Assembly: GCA_047601445.1 (NCBI GenBank)
Contig: JASGJH010000001.1
Coordinates: 3,936,001 to 4,000,000 of the forward strand
Length of the DNA stretch: 64,000 nucleotides
From: Myxococcales bacterium
Lineage (GTDB): Bacteria; Myxococcota_A; Polyangia; Polyangiales; DASUME01
Direction: 5' to 3'
The notes beneath the pieces are model-generated. The model had not been told where the DNA came from, made no database searches, and worked only from the letters and a program-made list of their open reading frames with translations. Both the position numbers and the translations under genes were made by a program. Within the stretch, counting starts at the first letter, position 1; each line of letters opens with the position of its first letter. Positions 17,447 to 29,428 of this stretch are shown piece after piece.

Positions 17447-19843
17447 ATGTCCATCGACGTGACCTACCCTTCGATCGCGGCCTCCACCCCCCAGCCGCGG
17501 GCCGCGCGAGCCTGCGTCCACTGTGGCAGTCCACTGGCCACGGCCGAGTGCGAGGACTTCTGCTGCGGTGGCTGTCGCCACGTGCACGAGCTGCTCTCGC
17601 AATCGGGCCTCGAGCGCTACTACGTGCTGCGCGGCGACCAGGTGCTGGCGCCGGTCGGCGAGATGAGTGGGTCGGTGCCCGATGCATGGCTCGACGCCGA
17701 GCGCGCCCGGCTCCTGGAGCAAGCGCCCGTGGCTCGCTTCACACTCGACGTCCAGGGGCTGCAATGCGGCGCCTGTGTGTGGCTCATCGAAGCCGTCTTT
17801 CGGCGCCAGCTTGGGGCCCTGCAGATCAACGTCAATCCGGCGCTCGGCGTGCTGCAGGCCGCGGTCGCGACGAACTTCGACCTGGCCGCCTTCGTGCGCG
17901 AGGTGCAGAGCTTTGGCTACCGACTCGGCCCAGCACGCAAGGGCGCCTCGAGCACCAACGGAGGATTGCGGCTGCGCGCGGGCATCTGTCTGGCTCTGGC
18001 CGCCAACACGGGCTTTCTGAGCGCCACCGCCTACTTCGGCCTGAGCAGCGGCCCCCTCTATGACCTGATTCGAAACGCCAGCTTCAGCATGGCGACGCTG
18101 AGCGTGCTGGTGGGTGGTAGCTACTTCGCCGAGCGCGCCTGGCACGGGATCAAGCGCGGCGTGCTGCACCTCGACTTTCCCATCGCGCTCGGCATGGGGC
18201 TCGCTTACATGGGCTCGGTGTGGTCGCTCTACTTCGGGGGCGCCGCCGGCAACTACCTCGACACGGTGAGCGTGTTCATCGCGCTGATGCTGGTGGGCCG
18301 GATGCTCCAGGAGAGGCTCGTCGAGCGCAATCGCCGGCAGCTGCTGGAGAGCGACGGTGCGAGTGGCCTGCTCGCGCGCCGGGTGCGCGGCGGACAGGTC
18401 GAGCTCGTGCCGTGCACGGCGCTCCATGCGGGCGACCAGGTGCTGGTGTGTCCGGGCGAGGTCGTTCCAACTACGGCCCGCCTCGAGCAAACCCGAGCCA
18501 TCTTCTCGCTCGCGTGGATCAACGGCGAGAGCGAACCGAAGGCCTTCGAGCCCGGTGAGCTGGTCGTTGCAGGCGCCGTCAACGCCGGTTCGAGCCCGCT
18601 GCGCGCCACTCTGACCACTGGCTTCGAGCGCTCCGATCTGGACGTCTTGTTGAAGGACGACCCGACCCGTACGGCGCGCGCGAGCGGCGACTTCTGGGAT
18701 CGGCTGGCCCGTCTATACGGGGCACTGGTGCTGGTGACCGCAGGCCTCGGCCTCTTGGTGTCGAGGCTATCCGGCGGATCTTGGCCCGAGGCGCTGGACG
18801 TCTGCACGGCGGTGCTGGTGGTGACCTGTCCCTGCGCTTTCGGCCTGGCCACGCCGCTGGCCTACGAGCTGGGCGTGGCCGGACTGCGGCGAGCTGGCCT
18901 CTTCGTGCGCGACGCCACCTACTTCGATCGCGCGGCAGCGGTGCGTCGCATCGTGTTCGACAAGACCGGCACCTTGACCACCGGGATGCTCGAGCTGGAG
19001 CAACAAGAACCCCTCGCAAATCTTTCGCGAGCGCAACGCGGAGTCCTCTACACCCTGGCAGCTCAGAGCAATCATCCGAAGAGCACTGCCATCTCGCGCG
19101 CGCTGCTCGCACTCGATCCCAGCCTTCGCTTGAGCGAGGTGCAGGTGCACGAAGAGCCTGGGCGCGGCATCGAATGCCGCATTCAAGGGGCCCTGTTTCG
19201 CTTGGGTGCCCGCGATTGGGCCTGTCCTGGCGCCGCGAGTGGAAAGCATCCGAGCTTCAGCCGAGACGGCATCGCTCTTGCAGAACTCCCCACCGTGGAA
19301 GTGATGCGACGCGATGCTCAGCAAGAAGCGGTCGCGCTGAGTCGCGCTGGCTACGAGCTGTGGATCGCCAGCGGCGACAGCGAAGCCAGCGTGTGGCGCT
19401 CGGCGGATACGCTCGGCATCCCGCGCGAGCACGCGCGAGGCAATCTCTCGCCCACGCAGAAGCGTGACCTCGTCGAAAAGGTCGGGAGCGCGCACACGCT
19501 GATGCTCGGCGACGGCATCAACGACGGCCTGGCGTTCTCGGCCGCGCGCTGCTCGGGAACGCCCGCCGTGGATCGTCCCTTCATCCCCGCGCGCAGCGAC
19601 TTCTACTTCCTCAACGCCGGGCTCGGAACGGTGCGCCTCTCGCTGCGCGTAGCCCGTGCGGTCCGGCGCGTGGTCGTCGGCGCCCTCACCTTCGCCACGC
19701 TCTACAACGTGGCGGCTGTGGGCATTGCCTACGCGGGCTGGATGCGCCCGTGGCTGGCCGCCGTGCTCATGCCCACGAGCTCCATCTGCGTGCTCGCCTA
19801 CACGTCACTCGCCTTGTCGAGGAGGTCCCTGTGGAAGTCGTAG
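17447..19843 (+). CDS. ccoI: Cu-translocating P1B-type ATPase for cbb3 assembly (CcoI/FixI)
   Basis: CVHCG/FCCGGC N-domain, CGAC.WLIE, TCPCA, DKTGT, GDGIND, YN; located in the cco cluster. Confidence 0.92.
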   Translation: MSIDVTYPSIAASTPQPRAARACVHCGSPLATAECEDFCCGGCRHVHELLSQSGLERYYVLRGDQVLAPVGEMSGSVPDAWLDAERARLLEQAPVARFTLDVQGLQCGACVWLIEAVFRRQLGALQINVNPALGVLQAAVATNFDLAAFVREVQSFGYRLGPARKGASSTNGGLRLRAGICLALAANTGFLSATAYFGLSSGPLYDLIRNASFSMATLSVLVGGSYFAERAWHGIKRGVLHLDFPIALGMGLAYMGSVWSLYFGGAAGNYLDTVSVFIALMLVGRMLQERLVERNRRQLLESDGASGLLARRVRGGQVELVPCTALHAGDQVLVCPGEVVPTTARLEQTRAIFSLAWINGESEPKAFEPGELVVAGAVNAGSSPLRATLTTGFERSDLDVLLKDDPTRTARASGDFWDRLARLYGALVLVTAGLGLLVSRLSGGSWPEALDVCTAVLVVTCPCAFGLATPLAYELGVAGLRRAGLFVRDATYFDRAAAVRRIVFDKTGTLTTGMLELEQQEPLANLSRAQRGVLYTLAAQSNHPKSTAISRALLALDPSLRLSEVQVHEEPGRGIECRIQGALFRLGARDWACPGAASGKHPSFSRDGIALAELPTVEVMRRDAQQEAVALSRAGYELWIASGDSEASVWRSADTLGIPREHARGNLSPTQKRDLVEKVGSAHTLMLGDGINDGLAFSAARCSGTPAVDRPFIPARSDFYFLNAGLGTVRLSLRVARAVRRVVVGALTFATLYNVAAVGIAYAGWMRPWLAAVLMPTSSICVLAYTSLALSRRSLWKS

Positions 19844-20021
19844 CCCTCTTGCTGTTCATCGGTGCGCTCTGGGTGTTCGCCGCCATCGCGCTGTTCGCCT
19901 GGAATCTGTTGAACGCCAACGCCGATCACGCGGACCGCCTCGCACTCCTACCCCTCGAAGACAACTGGGTCGATTCACTCGCCCCCCATGACCATTCCAG
20001 CCCAAAGCCCACGAGTAAATC

Positions 20022-20025
<4 letters not shown>
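19831..20025 (+). CDS. ccoS: cbb3 oxidase maturation protein CcoS/FixS
   Basis: GGAGG plus GTG; MEVVALLLFI...FAW...DHADRLALLPLED; lies between ccoI and ccoN. Confidence 0.8.
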
Positions 20026-22381
<2,356 letters not shown>

Positions 22382-22385
<4 letters not shown>

Positions 22386-22579
22386 TGCTTCGGTTCATGG
22401 CGATGGAGTTCTATCGGAGCAACCCACTGCTGGGCTATGCGATCTTCGCGCTGGGCGTGTTCGTGGCCGTGTTCTTAGCCATCCTGGCGCGCACCTTCTT
22501 CAGCGACGACGAGCGCTACGCCGAACTGGCGAGCTTGCCCTTGAAGGAAGGTCACGGAAGCGAGGTGGGACGTGAGTAA
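22382..22579 (+). CDS. ccoQ: cbb3 oxidase small subunit, CcoQ-like
   Basis: Single TM helix and ELASLPL; lies between ccoNO and ccoP. Confidence 0.7.
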
Positions 22580-23162
22580 GTCGCGAAAGGTCGACCCGAT
22601 TCAGGGAGAGATCCTGCACGAGTACGACGGCATCGAGGAGGCCGACAATCAACTGCCGACCTGGTGGTTGTGGACGCTGTTCGCGGCCGTCGCCTTCTCC
22701 ATCGGCTACTGGTTCTACTACGAGGCCTTCAAGGCCGGACCAGGACTCGCCGAGGCGTACTATCAGGAGCGCGCACTCCAGGCGGAGAAGAACGGCAGCG
22801 ATCCCACTGACGGCGAGCTACTCGCCCAGCTCGGCACGCCCTCGTTGCGGCTGGGCCAGGGCATCTTCGAGTCCAACTGCGTGGCGTGTCACGAGGCACA
22901 GGGCCAGGGAAAGATCGGCCCCAACCTGACTGACAATGCGTGGCTCCACGGCGGAACTCCAGCGGAGATCTATCGCACCATTCGCGACGGCGTGTCGGCC
23001 AAGGGCATGCCCGCGTGGGGGCCTGCCCTCGGGCGGGCGGGGGTCATCCAAGCCACCACGTTCGTGCTCTCGTTGCGCGACAAGAATCTACCCGGCAAGG
23101 CCCCCGAGGGACAGGCGCTCGGTGCGCGCGCCGACATCGCTCCCGCGGGCGACGAGCACTGA
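22572..23162 (+). CDS. ccoP: cbb3 oxidase subunit III (mono-heme CcoP)
   Basis: HEYDGIEEADNQLPTWW, one CVACH, GPNLTD.WLHG, GMPAW. Confidence 0.93.
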   Translation: MSKSRKVDPIQGEILHEYDGIEEADNQLPTWWLWTLFAAVAFSIGYWFYYEAFKAGPGLAEAYYQERALQAEKNGSDPTDGELLAQLGTPSLRLGQGIFESNCVACHEAQGQGKIGPNLTDNAWLHGGTPAEIYRTIRDGVSAKGMPAWGPALGRAGVIQATTFVLSLRDKNLPGKAPEGQALGARADIAPAGDEH

Positions 23163-23169
23163 TCGAGTC

Positions 23170-24543
23170 ATGACACGACGTCTCCCCATCCTCGGCGAGC
23201 CCGGCTCATCCACGGCGCTCAAGCGCGACGGGAAGCGCGACTTCATCGTGCCCGCCGACGTGGCGGGCCGCTTCACGTGGCGCCGTCGGGTGGTGTTCGC
23301 GCTCTTGATCGCTGTGTACGTGGCGACCCCGTGGATCCAGCTCAACGGGCATCCCCTGGTGTTCCTCGACCTGGAGCACCGGGCCTTCTATTTGTTCGGG
23401 GGCACCTTCAATGCTCAGGACGTGTGGCTCGTCTTCTTCCTGCTGAGTGGCCTGGGCTTTCTGCTCATCCTGGCGACGGCGCTTTGGGGCCGCGTCTGGT
23501 GCGGCTACGCGTGTCCGCAAACCGTCTTCATGGAGGGCGTGTTTCGGCGCATCGAGCGCTTCGTGGAAGGGCCGCGCAACCTGCACCTGCGACGCGACGC
23601 GGGGCCGTGGTCGCTCGACCGAGTGGCACGCAAGACCCTCAAGCACGTGCTCTTTGGGCTGATGGCGGTGCTGATCGCCCACGCCTTCCTGAGCTACTTC
23701 GTGTCGTGGCCCGGGCTCCTGCGCATGGTGCGCGGCGCGCCGAGCCAGCACCCGGAGGCGTTCGCCTGGGCGTTCTGCACGAGCCTGATCCTGTATCTGA
23801 ACTTTGCGTGGTTTCGCGAGCAGCTGTGCCTCATCGTTTGCCCCTACGGACGCCTGCAGTCGGTGTTGACCGACCAGGACACGCTGGTCATCGGCTACGA
23901 CGCGCAGCGCGGCGAGCCGCGTGGCAAGGCCGCGCAGCATCCGGCGGCTTGTGTGGACTGCGGACGCTGCGTCGTCGTTTGCCCCACCGGCATCGACATC
24001 CGCAACGGACTGCAGCTCGATTGCATCGGCTGCGCTGCCTGCATCGACGCCTGCGACACCGTGATGGAGCACCTGAAGCAGCCCCGCGGCCTCATCCGCT
24101 ACGACTCCGGCAATGGGCTCGCCGGCGCGCCCAAGCGCTTCTGGCGACCGCGCCTGCACCTCTACCTGGCGCTCGGGGCCGTCGGCCTGGTGGTCGCTGC
24201 GCTCTCGGCCAGCTCACGCGAGCCCTTCGAGGCCAACTTGCTGCGGCTGCCCGGCGCGCCGTTCGTGCTCGAAGCGGACGGTCACCAGGTGCGAGACGCG
24301 CTCGAGCTCCATCTCGTGAACAAGGGGCCACAGACCGAGCGCTTCGAGGTGCGCGGCGTCGGCGATCCCGACCTGCGCTTCGTGGTCGCACAGCCGCAGC
24401 TCAGCCTGCCTTCGCTCGGCGAGCGCCGCGTACCGATCTTCGTGAGCGGCCCCAACGATCGCAAGCCGCGCCGCATCCGCCTCGAGGTGCGGGCGGGTGA
24501 CGGCGTGCGCTCCGCAGAAGCGGCCTTCCTAGCCCCACGCTAG
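23170..24543 (+). CDS. ccoG: Cytochrome c oxidase accessory 4Fe-4S protein CcoG
   Basis: GRVWCGYACPQTVF, CLIVCPYGRLQ, CVDCGRCVVVCP, CIGCAACIDAC. Confidence 0.95.
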   Translation: MTRRLPILGEPGSSTALKRDGKRDFIVPADVAGRFTWRRRVVFALLIAVYVATPWIQLNGHPLVFLDLEHRAFYLFGGTFNAQDVWLVFFLLSGLGFLLILATALWGRVWCGYACPQTVFMEGVFRRIERFVEGPRNLHLRRDAGPWSLDRVARKTLKHVLFGLMAVLIAHAFLSYFVSWPGLLRMVRGAPSQHPEAFAWAFCTSLILYLNFAWFREQLCLIVCPYGRLQSVLTDQDTLVIGYDAQRGEPRGKAAQHPAACVDCGRCVVVCPTGIDIRNGLQLDCIGCAACIDACDTVMEHLKQPRGLIRYDSGNGLAGAPKRFWRPRLHLYLALGAVGLVVAALSASSREPFEANLLRLPGAPFVLEADGHQVRDALELHLVNKGPQTERFEVRGVGDPDLRFVVAQPQLSLPSLGERRVPIFVSGPNDRKPRRIRLEVRAGDGVRSAEAAFLAPR

Positions 24544-24561
24544 GTCACGGGCGCCCGTGAC
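24544..24561. other. Perfect 18-bp palindrome immediately after the ccoG stop
   Basis: GTCACGGGCGCCCGTGAC equals its own reverse complement. Confidence 0.6.
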
Positions 24562-24631
24562 AGGGCACGGCGAACCGACGCCAACCTGACTCAGCGGGCA
24601 CGTTTCAGCTGGATTTTTCCTCGATCTCGCC

Positions 24632-24647
24632 TGGCGCGCACCTTGCG
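24632..24647 (+). promoter_or_regulatory. Sigma-54 promoter of metY-metA-cysE
   Basis: TGGCGCGCACCTTGCG, followed by GAGGAG RBS and ATG at 24684. Confidence 0.72.
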
Positions 24648-24650
24648 TAG

Positions 24651-25970
<1,320 letters not shown>

Positions 25971-25987
25971 GGCGCGGTCCATTTGTC

Positions 25988-26923
25988 ATGCCCCTCGTGC
26001 TCCCTCGCAGCTATCGCTTCCTGTCCACCTTCGATCGACGCGGCATTCGCTGGGCGCCGCGTCACGCGCCACCCGCGGGGCGGCCCGTCTTGCGGGTGGG
26101 CATCGTCAACCTGATGCCGCGGGCGGAGCTCTACGAGGAGCTTTTGTTGTCGGCACTCGGTGCAGCCCTGCCCCCGACTCTGGCGCTGGAACCCGTCTGG
26201 ATTCGCCTCGACAGCCACGACTATCGCAGCAGTGATGCGGCTCACCTCGCGCGTCACTACGTGCGTGCGGAGCGAGCCGCGTCGTCTTCGCTCGACGCGC
26301 TGATGCTTACTGGAGCGCCCGTCGAGGAGCTCGCCTTCGAGGACGTGCGCTACTGGCGGGAGCTCTCGGGTCTGCTGACATGGGCGCGCCAGCGCGTGAG
26401 CTCCACGCTGGGCCTGTGTTGGGGCGCGATGGCGCTCGCCAAGCTGTTGGGGGTGGAAAAGCAGGCGCTCCCACGCAAGCTGTTCGGCATGTACTCACTC
26501 GAGCCGCTCGAAGCCGGTCGCGGCTATTTCGGCGAGAACGACACCTATTGCCCGCAGAGCCGTCACGCGGGTGTTTCGGAGCAAGAGCTGGAGCGCGCGG
26601 CGCGGGACGGTCGGGCGCGCCTGCTCGCTCGTTCGCCCGAGGCGGGCCACGCCATCTTCACGAGTGGGGATGGCCGCTTCCTCATGCACCAGGGGCACCC
26701 CGAATATCGGCCGGAACGCCTGCTCTACGAGTATCGACGCGACCGGGCGTTGGGACGTCGCGACGTCGGGGCACCACTGGGCGTGGACCTCGAACAGCCA
26801 GAGCGCAGCGTGCGTTCAAATGGCCGCTCGTTCTTCGGCGCGTGGCTTCACCAGCTCGCGACGCCCCAGGCAGAGAAGCGGGCGAGCTCCACCGAGGCCT
26901 TGCCACGGACGGGTGTCGAATGA
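25988..26923 (+). CDS. metA: Homoserine O-acyltransferase, MetA family (acetyl-type signature)
   Basis: NLMP, TGAPVE, catalytic LCWGA, PQSRH, GHPEY. Confidence 0.9.
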   Translation: MPLVLPRSYRFLSTFDRRGIRWAPRHAPPAGRPVLRVGIVNLMPRAELYEELLLSALGAALPPTLALEPVWIRLDSHDYRSSDAAHLARHYVRAERAASSSLDALMLTGAPVEELAFEDVRYWRELSGLLTWARQRVSSTLGLCWGAMALAKLLGVEKQALPRKLFGMYSLEPLEAGRGYFGENDTYCPQSRHAGVSEQELERAARDGRARLLARSPEAGHAIFTSGDGRFLMHQGHPEYRPERLLYEYRRDRALGRRDVGAPLGVDLEQPERSVRSNGRSFFGAWLHQLATPQAEKRASSTEALPRTGVE

Positions 26924-27849
26924 GTAGCGAGCCTGGCTGGGATCTCGAGGCACTGGTCGCCCAACTGCGCATCGCACGGCGCAGCCAGTCCGACTGGAGG
27001 CGCGAGGAGGCCGAGCGTCCCCAGCGGCCCTCCCGCGAGTCCTTGATCACCATCGTCAAACAGCTGCGCGCCGTCCTCTTTCCATCGCACTTCGGCATCT
27101 CCGACTTCTCCGACGCGAGCATCGACTTCTTCGTGGGCAGCACGCTGGACGCAGCTTTGCGCGCGCTGGAGGAGCAGGTCTCGAGAGGCCTCAGCTACAC
27201 CGAGGAGCACCGCCACAGCGAGCGTGACGTGCGCTTGTCCCAGGCCAAGCGAATCGTGACCGAGTTCGCGCGGAGCTTACCGGACATCCGCTCCGTGCTC
27301 GAGCTGGACATCCGCGCGGCCTACGAGAGTGACCCCGCTGCCCAGAGTCGCTCCGAAGTGTTGTTCTGTTACCCTGGGGTGGCCGCGATCATTCACCATC
27401 GCATCGCTCACGAGCTCCACCGGCTCGGGCTCGTACTCCTGGCGCGCGTCGTCTCCGAGATCGCGCACTCGACGACGGGCATCGACATCCATCCGGGCGC
27501 CACGATCGGTCGACGCTTCTTCATCGATCACGGTACGGGTGTAGTGGTGGGCGAGACCACCGTGATTGGGGACGGCGTCCGCTTGTACCAGGGTGTGACG
27601 CTCGGGGCGCGTAGTGTTCCGACCGACGCGGAGGGCAAGGCCATCAAGGGCGCTCCGCGGCACCCGGTGATCGAAGACGACGTGGTGATCTACGCGGGCG
27701 CCACCATCCTCGGCCGGGTCACCATCGGCAAAGGCTCGATCGTGGGAGGCAACGTATGGCTTACCCGAAGCTTGCCTCCGAACAGCCACGTCACGCAGGC
27801 CCAGACGGCCCCCAAAGCGTCGGTCGCGATTCCGGAATCCGAGCGGTAA
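26920..27849 (+). CDS. cysE: Serine O-acetyltransferase (CysE/EpsC type)
   Basis: DPAA..EVLFCYPG, GIDIHPGATIG, FFIDHGTGVVVGET, RHPVIED; ATGA-coupled to metA. Confidence 0.95.
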   Translation: MSSEPGWDLEALVAQLRIARRSQSDWRREEAERPQRPSRESLITIVKQLRAVLFPSHFGISDFSDASIDFFVGSTLDAALRALEEQVSRGLSYTEEHRHSERDVRLSQAKRIVTEFARSLPDIRSVLELDIRAAYESDPAAQSRSEVLFCYPGVAAIIHHRIAHELHRLGLVLLARVVSEIAHSTTGIDIHPGATIGRRFFIDHGTGVVVGETTVIGDGVRLYQGVTLGARSVPTDAEGKAIKGAPRHPVIEDDVVIYAGATILGRVTIGKGSIVGGNVWLTRSLPPNSHVTQAQTAPKASVAIPESER

Positions 27850-27986
27850 GCATTGCAAATCCATGAAGTGTCCTGGGCAGGACGCCGTCGTCTGCCCGTG
27901 AAAAGTGCTGGATCCAGCGCGGGTCACGGGCTGGAAATCTGCCCTCGCGCGCCGGTCGTCACACCTAAGTTACCGATTTGCAATGC
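27850..27986. repeat. 137-bp element bounded by 12-bp perfect inverted repeats, with internal hairpins
   Basis: GCATTGCAAATC (27850-27861) and GATTTGCAATGC (27975-27986); internal GGGCAG..CTGCCC stem and GCTGGATCCAGC palindrome. Confidence 0.5.
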
Positions 27987-28019
27987 CTTGCAGACGTGTG
28001 TGACCGCCCAACTCGGGCT

Positions 28020-28035
28020 TGGCACTGACGATGCA
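28020..28035 (+). promoter_or_regulatory. Sigma-54 promoter upstream of the microprotein and encapsulin genes
   Basis: TGGCACTGACGATGCA. Confidence 0.72.
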
Positions 28036-28099
28036 TCGCAAGGGGGTCGAGCCAGCAACGCACCTTCGGTGTGCGGCGCTGCCCGGGAGGCGAAGAGCG

Positions 28100-28297
28100 A
28101 TGTGCAGACGAGTTCAGTGCGAGGCCTGCCACAAGCCAACCTACGTCGGCTGCGGCCGTCACGTCGAGCAGGTGCTCGGCAGCGTTGCCGATGGCGAACG
28201 CTGTCACTGCCGTGATCTCGGCAGTGCGATCGCCAACAACAGCGCGAGCTCGAGCCAACCCCGGATTTCCGCACCCTTGATGGGCGCCTGTCCCTGA
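28100..28297 (+). CDS. Cys/His-rich microprotein (65 aa)
   Basis: GGAGG RBS; MCRRVQCEACHKPTYVGCGRHVEQVL...RCHC fits an uncharacterised MC-x4-CxxC-x-K-x-T-x2-GCG-x-HV pattern recalled from other bacteria and eukaryotes. Confidence 0.75.
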   Translation: MCRRVQCEACHKPTYVGCGRHVEQVLGSVADGERCHCRDLGSAIANNSASSSQPRISAPLMGACP

Positions 28298-28522
28298 ACG
28301 ACGAAAGGCCATTCGAAGGACACCAAGACATCCAGGCTCAACACGAGCGACATATTCAAGCGGCTCCTTGCAGACCGCTTTGGCAGCGCGAGTCCGTTCG
28401 TCCAAGATAGCGGAGGATTCGTCGTGTCTGGATGGCTTCGTCCTGTGTTCCGCGCTTGGAGCGCGCTAGTTAGCGACTAGCGACAGATCGCTCGGCAAGG
28501 GCGAGTGCAGCGAGGAACTTCG

Positions 28523-29428
28523 ATGGCAGATCAATATGCGTTGCGCGAGCCACAAGCTCGCAAACTAGCGAACACAACCAAGACTCAGGTCCAGCTTCCT
28601 GAGATAACCCCACGCTGGCTCACGCTGCTGCTGCAGTGGAAGCCCCTGGAGTCGGGCACCCTGCGCGTGAACCGTGCAAATCCGGCCAAGCCCGTGGAGG
28701 TCATCTGCAGCGTGCCCGGCGAAGATCCCCTGCCCGCCACGTTCGCGGACTATGCCGATGCTCCGCGCGAATACACCTTGAGCTCCATCTCCACGGTGTT
28801 GAACGTCAACACGCGCATCTCGGACCTCTTCAGCAGCCCGTTCGATCAGGCTCGCGAGCAGCTCCGACTCACCATCGAGAGCATCAAGGAGCGCCAGGAA
28901 GACCAGCTCATCAATAACGCCGAGTACGGCCTCCTGAACAACGTCGCGCCCAGCATGCGCGTGCAGCCTCGCAAGGGCATGCCCACGCCGGACGACCTGG
29001 ACGAGTTGATCGCCAAGGTGTGGAAGGAGCCCGCGTACTTCGTGGCTCATCCGCGCGCCATTGCGGCCTTTGCCCGCGAGTGCACGCGTCGCGGCGTTCC
29101 ACCGCCCACCGTGAGTATGTTCGGTTCGCAGTTCCTTACCTGGCGCGGCCTGCCGCTCGTGCCCAGCGACAAGCTGCCCATCGAGAACAACAAGAGCAGC
29201 ATCTTGCTCATGCGTGTCGGCGAGAAGAAGCAGGGGGTCATCGGACTCTTTCAGGCTGGCCTGCCAGGGGAGCAATCACCGGGACTTTCCGTCCGCTATA
29301 TGGGCATTAACCAGAGCGCAGTCGCGTCCTACTTGGTGTCCCTGTATTGCTCCGCCGCCGTGCTGACACCCGATGCCCTGGGTGTGCTCGAGAACGCAGA
29401 CCTGGGCTATTACCATGACTACAAGTGA
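28523..29428 (+). CDS. srpI: Family 2A encapsulin shell protein (SrpI-like)
   Basis: ARKLANTTKT..Q...ITPRWL..LL.W, REY.L, EQLRLTIE.IKERQE, PTPDDLDELIAKVWKEP, RECTRRGVPP, TWRG.PLVPSDK; no cNMP insertion; followed by a desulfurase. Confidence 0.95.
   Translation: MADQYALREPQARKLANTTKTQVQLPEITPRWLTLLLQWKPLESGTLRVNRANPAKPVEVICSVPGEDPLPATFADYADAPREYTLSSISTVLNVNTRISDLFSSPFDQAREQLRLTIESIKERQEDQLINNAEYGLLNNVAPSMRVQPRKGMPTPDDLDELIAKVWKEPAYFVAHPRAIAAFARECTRRGVPPPTVSMFGSQFLTWRGLPLVPSDKLPIENNKSSILLMRVGEKKQGVIGLFQAGLPGEQSPGLSVRYMGINQSAVASYLVSLYCSAAVLTPDALGVLENADLGYYHDYK

Noticed and set aside
28036..28099. SAM-I riboswitch suggested by CAGCAAC
   Set aside because: Lacks the AUC.AGAG, GAGGGA/GGCCC and GGUGC elements and is too short.
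28118..28132. CEACH as a c-type heme site in the microprotein
   Set aside because: No export signal; the extra Cys/His residues fit a cytoplasmic metal or thiol role better.
28523..29428. Phage capsid or prophage
   Set aside because: The HK97-fold shell sits with a desulfurase, and no terminase, portal, tail or integrase genes are present.
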